Part shown: in pieces, positions 20,596-27,832 of the stretch
Layout of the letters: each line of letters begins with the position of its first letter
Position numbering within the stretch: position 1 is the first letter of the stretch
From: a virus
Reading direction: 5' to 3' (one strand)
DNA: 64,000 nt
Virus record (IMG/VR): IMGVR_UViG_3300035698_019747
Coordinates: 88,403 to 152,402 of that record
Program-made: the position numbers and the translations under genes
Notes under the pieces: model-generated
The model's database searches: none
What the model was told of the DNA's origin: nothing
The model's input: only the letters and a program-made list of their open reading frames with translations

Positions 20596-21318
20596 TTATT
20601 TTGTGATATTTTTCTTTAAATCTAATAAGAACCTATATAATTTAATAATACGAGCATAAGGTGTGGAATTTCTAAAAGCATTTAAATCTTTCATTATGAA
20701 TATATTACTCTTATCAAATAATTTTTTCCAATCATTATAAACCCCCATATATTCTGTATTTTTTTTAGCAAAATTCTCAAAATTTGGATACGATATATTA
20801 CCACCTTTAAATATTTCAGAAGGGGTTATTTTACTCATATTTAGAGAACCATCACTGTCTATAATATTTTTAGCATCTCTAAATGCCCTTTCTAATTCTT
20901 CAATATCATTTAAATGTAGTACAGCTTGTTCTGCGAAAACTGATAAAGGTTGCACTAATACCTTATTATCTAATGCGGGTATTATCAATTCTTCAAAGTA
21001 TGATAAGGCTTTATCTGCATTTTCTCTCTTTTTTATATCAATTAAATCTCGTCTTGTTACTTGAATGAGTTTATCTAAGTTTTTTATGAATTCTTCTGTT
21101 TCATTATTCTTAATCCAAGCACTAAACCCCTCTCCATCTAAATTAAAGTCAGTGTCTAGGTATTCATCTTGCTTTGAATTCCAATCAAAATTAAATAGGA
21201 AAAAATGACCATATTCGTCTTTTAATGTGGATTTAACATCTTCTGGAAATGAATTTATGTCTATATTATTCACATTTCCCTCATTTATATGTTCTTGTTT
21301 TGATAATAAATATTTCAT
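20596..21318 (-). CDS. hypothetical protein with capsid-targeting-like N-terminus
   Basis: MKYLLSKQEHINE start. Confidence 0.7.
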   Translation of the reverse strand: MKYLLSKQEHINEGNVNNIDINSFPEDVKSTLKDEYGHFFLFNFDWNSKQDEYLDTDFNLDGEGFSAWIKNNETEEFIKNLDKLIQVTRRDLIDIKKRENADKALSYFEELIIPALDNKVLVQPLSVFAEQAVLHLNDIEELERAFRDAKNIIDSDGSLNMSKITPSEIFKGGNISYPNFENFAKKNTEYMGVYNDWKKLFDKSNIFIMKDLNAFRNSTPYARIIKLYRFLLDLKKNITK

Positions 21319-21825
21319 TTATTTTAATAGTTTTTTTATAATACTTTCCGAGTTATTTAAAAGGTATTCTAACCCAAAGTGTTTAGGCTCTATTTCTAAT
21401 AACTCATCATATGTTACCCATTTATAACTCTCTGTTTCCCAATTTAATACTGGTTCAAAATCATCCACTAGTGCTACAAAGTTATGATAAGCAAAAACCA
21501 CTTTTTCATTTTTCTTAACTTCAAATATAGCGGCAGGTATAATTTTATGGATTTCTCCTTTATATCCAGACTCTTCTACTAATTCATTTATAGCACCTTG
21601 TATAGGACTATTGGTTTCTTGGTCATCAAGCTTACCACCCCATATACCAAATGTATTTGGTTCATTTACATACTTACTTCTAAGAGCAATTAATATCTTT
21701 CCTGATGTTGATATGGGCAAAATTCCCGCGCCAATATTCCCCCAGAAATTATCTCCTTCATTATTATCAAATACTTCGTAATTTTCAAATTTTTTTATAT
21801 ATTTCATATTTAACCTTTTTTTCAC
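21319..21825 (-). CDS. Nudix hydrolase with capsid-targeting-like N-terminus
   Basis: WGGKLD...AINELVEESG Nudix box; MKYIKKFENY (probable start 21807). Confidence 0.85.
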   Translation of the reverse strand: MKKRLNMKYIKKFENYEVFDNNEGDNFWGNIGAGILPISTSGKILIALRSKYVNEPNTFGIWGGKLDDQETNSPIQGAINELVEESGYKGEIHKIIPAAIFEVKKNEKVVFAYHNFVALVDDFEPVLNWETESYKWVTYDELLEIEPKHFGLEYLLNNSESIIKKLLK

Positions 21826-21840
21826 TTTTTTTAATTATAT

Positions 21841-22038
21841 TTGTTTATGAAAAATTTCATAATAAAATATATTTACAAAAATAATAAAGCCTTTTTCACT
21901 TTAATCGGATTGTTAATCGGATCAGTAATTGGTTACTTTATGGGACAATTACATTTAGAGCATACTTACATTATCTCAATACCATCATCAATTATTGTAT
22001 TAGCATATTTAGATATAAACGGTGGGTTAGATTTATAA
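21841..22038 (+). CDS. small membrane protein
   Basis: Two hydrophobic segments; TATATTTG at 21836-21843 implies a start at ATG 21847 or later. Confidence 0.5.
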   Translation: MFMKNFIIKYIYKNNKAFFTLIGLLIGSVIGYFMGQLHLEHTYIISIPSSIIVLAYLDINGGLDL

Positions 22039-22049
22039 ATAAATTAAAA

Positions 22050-22538
22050 TTATACTTCTGCGCCAATAGACTTAGCAACAATTGATATCGCCATAAGAAC
22101 AGCAAATGCTATAAACCATGGCTGTGCATTATATGCTGATTGCTCTATTATTGTAATTGTAGCAGAAACAATAGCCGTTATAATACCAGAACCCAGTGCT
22201 ATATTACCTAATATATTAGAAATTTTTCTAGCTATTTTTTCTACTTTATTATCTTTATCCATAGATTCTTTTAATGATATATCAAATTCACTTTTCTTAA
22301 AATCACTCATATTTATTGATGCTAAGCTATCAATAACACCATTATCGTTATTAACACCCTTTAATATACTCATAACTTCAGTCTTCACTTTATTGATAAT
22401 ATCTACTAACATATTAGCATGCTCTCCTATAAATGGTATTCTTTTAATAACATTCATTATATTACCTTCTAGTAAAATTTCATAATTATTTTTTTTAAGT
22501 TCTCTTTCAAATATTTTATATGTTTTTAAATTATTCAT
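22050..22538 (-). CDS. membrane protein (two C-terminal TM helices) downstream of the amidase
   Basis: MNNLKTYKIFE N-terminus; hydrophobic C-terminus. Confidence 0.6.
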   Translation of the reverse strand: MNNLKTYKIFERELKKNNYEILLEGNIMNVIKRIPFIGEHANMLVDIINKVKTEVMSILKGVNNDNGVIDSLASINMSDFKKSEFDISLKESMDKDNKVEKIARKISNILGNIALGSGIITAIVSATITIIEQSAYNAQPWFIAFAVLMAISIVAKSIGAEV

Positions 22539-22550
22539 ATTAAGTTTTTT

Positions 22551-23300
22551 TTATCCAATTAGCTTTTGGTCATCAATCTGCTGTATAGCTTCATAGTGAT
22601 ATTTAGCAATCTTTTTTCTTCCCTCTTCACTCATTAATATTTCCTTACATTCCCTAGGATTAGTCATAAAGAAATTCTCTGTTAGAATAGCTGGCATAAC
22701 AGTTTTAGTTAATACCCAAAACTTTGCTTCCTTATCCACATCACCATCTCTTGCATCAGTTCTTAATTTACCTAGTGGAAATTCTTCTCTCCATGTTTTG
22801 GCGAATGTATCAGCTACCTTATCACTTAATGTTTGCCCTGGACTAGTATAAACACTCCAACCTCTAGCATTTTGTCTATTAAATGCATCACTGTGTATAG
22901 AAACATAAATCATTATTCTCTTTTTCTTTCCCTTTTTTTGTTCATTTACATTTAACATATTAGCCAAATCAGTTCTTATTTTAAGAGGTGTATCTAACTG
23001 ATTATCTATAAGATTCACATAAGATATGTTTCTCTCTTCTAATTCCTTTGTGATTCTTAAAACAAAATCTCTATTAGACTCACCTTCAAAAAGCTGAGTG
23101 CCATCAGGCCATATTGGGGAACGTTTCCCTTCGGTTTGGTAGATACCATCAATGACACCACCATGACCACTATCTAAAACCCATATATAATTTGAAGAAC
23201 CCTCAAAAACAGTGTATTGATTCCCCCTATATTCTTTTGAATATTTAGTTTGGTTTGATCTTATTATTTTTGGTATTCTTGGTATTTTCCACGTTTTCAT
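22551..23300 (-). CDS. N-acetylmuramoyl-L-alanine amidase (Amidase_3), probable endolysin
   Basis: VLDSGHGG, E.N, VSIHSDA, PAILTENFFMTN. Confidence 0.92.
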   Translation of the reverse strand: MKTWKIPRIPKIIRSNQTKYSKEYRGNQYTVFEGSSNYIWVLDSGHGGVIDGIYQTEGKRSPIWPDGTQLFEGESNRDFVLRITKELEERNISYVNLIDNQLDTPLKIRTDLANMLNVNEQKKGKKKRIMIYVSIHSDAFNRQNARGWSVYTSPGQTLSDKVADTFAKTWREEFPLGKLRTDARDGDVDKEAKFWVLTKTVMPAILTENFFMTNPRECKEILMSEEGRKKIAKYHYEAIQQIDDQKLIG

Positions 23301-23333
23301 ATCATATCATATTATTTTTATATTAAGTTATAC

Positions 23334-23714
23334 TTACTCCGAATCCGAAGTCATTTTTTTAAATAAGTCTTGAATTGCTATTTTAGTACTCATTACTATA
23401 TAATCATATAAACTATTCGTTGAACCTATTTCCTCTGGGGAAGAAGTGAAATGAACAATATCACTCAAAACACTATCTATATCATTCATATTCTTTAAAT
23501 AGAAATCATACACATCACTGTCGTTTACTAGTCCTATTATAGTAGTTTCACTATCACCTATATAACTTTTCATTGTTTTTAATTGTAAGCTACTATCACC
23601 ACTATTGGTACTCTTTTTTAAGATATCAATCAATTCATTCTGAACTTCTTCAAAGTCATCTGAAATTTTAACCTTAGTTGCTAAATCCTCTCTTATTATT
23701 GTGAACTTCTTCAT
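23334..23714 (-). CDS. hypothetical late protein
   Basis: MKKFTIIRE N-terminus. Confidence 0.65.
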   Translation of the reverse strand: MKKFTIIREDLATKVKISDDFEEVQNELIDILKKSTNSGDSSLQLKTMKSYIGDSETTIIGLVNDSDVYDFYLKNMNDIDSVLSDIVHFTSSPEEIGSTNSLYDYIVMSTKIAIQDLFKKMTSDSE

Positions 23715-23959
23715 GTGTATCTTATATTATAGTTATTTAATTTATATTTTTCTAACTTTGATATGATATAATCTATATCAGTATCAGACCAAGTTATATT
23801 GCCCCCTAATGGGTATCGTTCATTATCTAGAATTTTGATAAACCTATTAGCCACCTTCACTCTCTTTTCATTTAATTTATCCTTAAAAGATTTGTCTATT
23901 CCATCGATAGTTTCTTGGTTTATATTTAGTTCAAAAAATTTTTTTAATTTCTTGGGCAT
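23711..23959 (-). CDS. hypothetical late protein
   Basis: MPKKLKKFFE N-terminus; TTAATATATA at 23986-23977. Confidence 0.6.
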   Translation of the reverse strand: MPKKLKKFFELNINQETIDGIDKSFKDKLNEKRVKVANRFIKILDNERYPLGGNITWSDTDIDYIISKLEKYKLNNYNIRYT

Positions 23960-24011
23960 ATTTCTTTTCTTTCTTTTATATATTAAAAAAAAATTGTATA
24001 TTTGTATAAAA

Positions 24012-24209
24012 TAGCCAGAGGTTGTATCGCTCCACGGAGAGGAAATTCAGGACAACATTGCTCACGGAAGGAGGGTTAGACAAAAGCCCGTTTGCACTTC
24101 CCAGGTTGCAACACGAACAGACTTAGTAGGTGAGCAATACTTTTATAGTCGGGTTAGTGGCAAATAGGTAAATGATACATTAAAACAGGATTCTGATTAC
24201 GCTCAGCTA
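24012..24209 (+). ncRNA. rnpB: compact RNase P RNA (rnpB-like)
   Basis: CR-I GAGGAAATTCAGG, CR-IV AGGTAAATGA, CR-V AACAGGATTCTGATTA; P1 TAGC..GAG/CTC.GCTA, P2 TGTATC/GATACA, P4 with compensatory changes; TATATTTG promoter at 23997-24004. Confidence 0.8.
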
Positions 24210-24252
24210 TTTTTTATTTTTAAACAAAAAAATTAAATACTAATATATACAT

Positions 24253-24801
24253 ATGAACAATAAAACAATCGCCATTTTTGATTTTGATCAAACACTTTAC
24301 ATGTGTCCACTCCCAACACCTGAGAATCGAGAGAAGCTATCTAAAGCTATAGATTATACAAGAAGTGGGTGGTGGGGCAGAGGTGAAAGCCTTAACTTAG
24401 ATGTATTTGATATACTTCCCAACCCACACATTAAGAGTCAGTATGATATACATTCTGAAATTGGTAATAAACGATTTATGCTAACTGGTAGAATCTTTCG
24501 ACTTAAAGAAGCTGTTAGAAATGTGTTTAGAAAAGATGGTTTTAGTTTCGATGGGGAATATTATGCAGATGGTAGAAGAACTATAGATTATAAATTAGCT
24601 ATTATTGATGAATTAGTTGAAACACACAATCCATCAACTATATATTTCTATGATGATAGAGAAGAACATATTCAAGAATTTCGTACTAAAGGGGACGAGT
24701 TAAAGGATACTAAAGGAATTGACTTTTACCAGTACCAAGTTTTTATTGATGGTTCTGGTATTATTGAAGTTCCATATGGACAGAAAGGGGTGGTCGAATA
24801 G
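24253..24801 (+). CDS. HAD-family phosphatase (PNK 3'-phosphatase / RNA-repair-like)
   Basis: IFDFDQTL, MLTGR, K, FYDDREEH. Confidence 0.8.
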   Translation: MNNKTIAIFDFDQTLYMCPLPTPENREKLSKAIDYTRSGWWGRGESLNLDVFDILPNPHIKSQYDIHSEIGNKRFMLTGRIFRLKEAVRNVFRKDGFSFDGEYYADGRRTIDYKLAIIDELVETHNPSTIYFYDDREEHIQEFRTKGDELKDTKGIDFYQYQVFIDGSGIIEVPYGQKGVVE

Positions 24802-24852
24802 ACCCCCTTATTTTTCACCCCATGTTTTACCACAAGATCTACATCTCTCAAT

Positions 24853-25053
24853 TTAACCACCCATTAACTCATCTACGGAAGAGTGTTTACATATATATTG
24901 CGCTTCATATTCTTTCATTTTAATGTCATTTTTATCACCTACCATTATAATCTTGCGATAATCACTTGTCTCACAACCCTCTTTGTGTTCTTTCTTTAGT
25001 GTATCATATCTCTTTTTACTTATCATAATATCCAATCTAATTTCCTCATTCAT
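24853..25053 (-). CDS. hypothetical protein
   Basis: 66-aa ORF. Confidence 0.5.
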   Translation of the reverse strand: MNEEIRLDIMISKKRYDTLKKEHKEGCETSDYRKIIMVGDKNDIKMKEYEAQYICKHSSVDELMGG

Positions 25054-25391
25054 TTATCAACACTACTTGATAATATCTTATCAATATTAGCTTTCCTTGT
25101 CTCATATATATTTTTCTCAACATATCTTCCGAGTATTGAATTACATTCTTCACCAATACTGTTATAATAAAATTCTTCTATTATAATTAATTCATAATTT
25201 TCATTTACCCCCTTAGTTACTTTTTTAACAGTTAACTTATTCATATCTATGCCTTCTGGCCAGTCAAAATATGGATTAACTGATATAACTCTCCTAATGC
25301 TTATTATATCCCCCTTACATATTTCTCCTATGATAACATCACTATTTTCTTTCATGTGTATTATATTATTTTTTGATTGAATGTTTAACAC
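25050..25391 (-). CDS. hypothetical protein
   Basis: C-terminal RKANIDKIL motif similar to RQINIDKAL in 4352-4768. Confidence 0.55.
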   Translation of the reverse strand: MLNIQSKNNIIHMKENSDVIIGEICKGDIISIRRVISVNPYFDWPEGIDMNKLTVKKVTKGVNENYELIIIEEFYYNSIGEECNSILGRYVEKNIYETRKANIDKILSSSVDK

Positions 25392-26700
25392 GCACTTCCT
25401 TCAATCTATTTGGTGTTAAATATATAATATTCTCTAAATAATTTAATTTTTTACCTATTCTGTAAGTGAATATATAAGGAGTGAATTCTTCGCCTCTAAT
25501 CTGTTTATTGAAATCTATATTTATATCCAACACTTCACTCATAGTTTTTAAAGGTTTTTTATCAACTGCAATACCAACTACTAAATCACCTATTACATGT
25601 TCCCCATTACTATATAATACAGAATCCCTACTCCCCTTTTTATTTTTTATATATACATATCCTCTATAAACAAGTTCATATCTAAATTCCACTTTTTTAA
25701 GTTCAAAATTTATAAGTGATTGTATATAAACATCATCTTTTTTAATAACACTGCCGTCTTGCACATATACAGGATAAGGCGAATTATCTATGATATATTT
25801 CATCATACTTGGTATTGTGCCATTTATAGTTCCTTTAGTTGTGAAGTAATCACTTAAATTATTTTCAAATCTAACTGATTTTTTAAGATTTTCAATTTTA
25901 TTTTTATTTATTATTAATTTAGTGACATATCTGCTTATATTTTTTATAGGATTAGTCATCTCTTCCCATTCATCAAAATGTCCGTTATTATGTGATTTAT
26001 ATCTAAATGGACTTATTTTATAATTATTTGATAATTTAGATGCATCTATTTCTAATTTTAAGAAACTTGTTGGAGCATCCCCTAGATAAGAGTTCATCAT
26101 TTTATTTCTGGTAAAAGATATCTTACCACTATTTGAAGCTATATAAGGTGAAAGCTTATCATTATCTATAATAAACTTAAATTTATTATTATCTATAATA
26201 TGATATAAATTCCCATAATTCACACCTTCAGTTATATTTGTGTTTTCTATATTTGTTATAATTGATGTTCTACCCCTTAGTTGATAAGCATAATCACTTG
26301 GTATATCTCGTTCTAAGAAACGCTTGTTTATAATTGCTCTTTTATTTGTAGCACCAGTTCTCATATATTTCTTATCCTCAGCATCAGTATTCACATGAGT
26401 GATATATATTTTTGTTGGTTTTATATTCTTTAAGAAATCTACTGTTATATCTGTTACTGTTCTTAAAATACCTATTGCATCACTTGTCCCCAATTCTTCA
26501 TATTGAGTTTTATAATTTGTCACATCATAACTTCTAGCATACTCGCCTTCAATAGCATCACCTAAATTCTCAAAATTAACGATAAATTCTAAATCATCTT
26601 TACCCTTAAATGTATATGAATAATTACCCATATCATCTTTTATAAATGATGTGAAATCATACTTCTCATTTATTTGATCATATTTAAATAAGTATTTCAT
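25366..26700 (-). CDS. multidomain late protein, central ART-like motif
   Basis: MKYLFKYDQINE N-terminus; LYHI...ISFTRN...DEWEE; starts 4 nt after TTAATATATA. Confidence 0.55.
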   Translation of the reverse strand: MKYLFKYDQINEKYDFTSFIKDDMGNYSYTFKGKDDLEFIVNFENLGDAIEGEYARSYDVTNYKTQYEELGTSDAIGILRTVTDITVDFLKNIKPTKIYITHVNTDAEDKKYMRTGATNKRAIINKRFLERDIPSDYAYQLRGRTSIITNIENTNITEGVNYGNLYHIIDNNKFKFIIDNDKLSPYIASNSGKISFTRNKMMNSYLGDAPTSFLKLEIDASKLSNNYKISPFRYKSHNNGHFDEWEEMTNPIKNISRYVTKLIINKNKIENLKKSVRFENNLSDYFTTKGTINGTIPSMMKYIIDNSPYPVYVQDGSVIKKDDVYIQSLINFELKKVEFRYELVYRGYVYIKNKKGSRDSVLYSNGEHVIGDLVVGIAVDKKPLKTMSEVLDINIDFNKQIRGEEFTPYIFTYRIGKKLNYLENIIYLTPNRLKEVRVKHSIKK

Positions 26701-26737
26701 AACATATATATTAAAAATATATATTATTATTTATTTG

Positions 26738-26809
26738 CACGCATGGTGAGACTCGAACTCACATCAACGGTTTTGGAGACCGTTATCCTACCAATTGGAC
26801 GACACACAT
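26738..26809 (-). tRNA. tRNA-Trp(CCA)
   Basis: ACGGT-CTCCAAA-ACCGT anticodon arm; G:U-rich acceptor ATGTGTG/CATGCGT. Confidence 0.9.
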
Positions 26810-26817
26810 ATTTCTTG

Positions 26818-26911
26818 TCTAGAGAACGGGATTTGAACCCGTGGAGCATACTATCTGTGTACACTCAGCCGTTTCCAAGACGACTTGCTTAAACCACTCG
26901 CACATCTCTAG
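26818..26911 (-). tRNA. tRNA-Pro(TGG) with long class-II-type variable arm
   Basis: CTAGAGA/TCTCTAG+A, GTCGT-CTTGGAA-ACGGC, 8-bp variable stem GAGTGTAC/GTATGCTC. Confidence 0.8.
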
Positions 26912-26915
26912 TTTG

Positions 26916-26988
26916 TCGGGAAGGTAGGAATCGAACCTACTAACTGATGCTTCCAATGCACCCGTGCTTAAACCTTAGTCACTTCCCG
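26916..26988 (-). tRNA. tRNA-Pro(TGG), weak D arm
   Basis: CGGGAAG/CTTCCCG+A, GGTGC-ATTGGAA-GCATC, GTAGG-TTCGATT-CCTAC. Confidence 0.75.
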
Positions 26989-26996
26989 ATATTTTG

Positions 26997-27070
26997 TATA
27001 GTAGGTGGGATTCGAACCCACGTGCTCCACATCCCAAATGTGGCGAGATAAACCTCTCCTCTACTACTAT
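26997..27070 (-). tRNA. tRNA-Pro(TGG), A1-U72
   Basis: ATAGTAG/CTACTAT+A, CCACA-TTTGGGA-TGTGG, GTGGG-TTCGAAT-CCCAC. Confidence 0.88.
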
Positions 27071-27079
27071 ATGTATTTG

Positions 27080-27150
27080 TTGGGCTAACAGGACTCGAAC
27101 CTATAATCACTCCTTCAAAGGGAGCTGTTATGCCATTTAACTATAGCCCA
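27080..27150 (-). tRNA. tRNA-Gln(TTG)
   Basis: TGGGCTA/TAGCCCA (U1-A72), CTCC-CTTTGAA-GGAG. Confidence 0.92.
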
Positions 27151-27152
27151 AT

Positions 27153-27183
27153 AAAAAACCCACTCGGTTATGAGCGGGTTTTT
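27153..27183 (-). terminator. second attenuator terminator, immediately before tRNA-Gln
   Basis: Minus strand ACCCGCTC-ATAACC-GAGTGGGT followed by a T-run. Confidence 0.8.
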
Positions 27184-27202
27184 CTGTTATATATTGTATA
27201 TA

Positions 27203-27235
27203 ACAGAAAAGTCCTCTCATAAATGAGAGGACTTT
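27203..27235 (-). terminator. first attenuator terminator
   Basis: Minus strand AAAGTCCTCTCAT-TT-ATGAGAGGACTTT then TCTGTT. Confidence 0.8.
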
Positions 27236-27256
27236 GCTTTAAAAGTTTTAAAAATC

Positions 27257-27340
27257 TCAAGCAATAGTCTCCCATCCGAATAATCTCGGTTGCGGTTGCC
27301 ATTGCTGGTTGATAGTGATATTTAAAACTAAATTTTTCAT
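27257..27340 (-). CDS. attenuator leader peptide (Gln/Trp/Pro-rich, 27 aa: MKNLVLNITINQQWQPQPRLFGWETIA)
   Basis: CAG CAA TGG CAA CCG CAA CCG run; 3' end complementary to the terminator 5' arm; upstream of Gln/Pro/Pro/Pro/Trp tRNAs. Confidence 0.9.
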   Translation of the reverse strand: MKNLVLNITINQQWQPQPRLFGWETIA

Positions 27341-27408
27341 TACTGTATATATATTATTTTTGTTGTTCCTTTCTTAATTATAGTGCAAATATATGAAAAA
27401 GTTTTATA

Positions 27409-27780
27409 TTATCTGCTAATAAATCTAAAATTTTTGAAATTTATGTAATATGGTGCTTTTTGTGTCTTATATTCCCCATCTAAATCTAAAAAGTGATATA
27501 ACCCTGTCTTATTCATTACTTGACATACAGGGATGTTACTTGAAAAATTACCACCAAAAAAGAAATGTACACCACCCAATTTATCACTCATGTTAATTCT
27601 ATTTGATATGGAATATATGTTACCCAACTCACTGATGATAAAATCACCCACAGATATATTTTTAACCCATTCTTTCTGTATATTTTTATTAAATACACAT
27701 TCTATAATATGTTGTTTAGATAACCCTAAGAATTCCTCAGGTAAGTGTTTTATTAAATATTCCCTATTAAATGTTGTCAT
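27409..27780 (-). CDS. hypothetical protein
   Basis: 123-aa ORF. Confidence 0.55.
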   Translation of the reverse strand: MTTFNREYLIKHLPEEFLGLSKQHIIECVFNKNIQKEWVKNISVGDFIISELGNIYSISNRINMSDKLGGVHFFFGGNFSSNIPVCQVMNKTGLYHFLDLDGEYKTQKAPYYINFKNFRFISR

Positions 27781-27832
27781 AATATATGTAATTTTATTAT
27801 GTTATATATGTAATAAATATGTTAAAGTTTAC

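Noticed and set aside
26818-26911. tRNA-Ser(GGA) reading of the long-arm tRNA
   Set aside because: Centring GGA breaks the anticodon stem; GTCGT/ACGGC centres TGG, and C1-G72/A73 are Pro-like.
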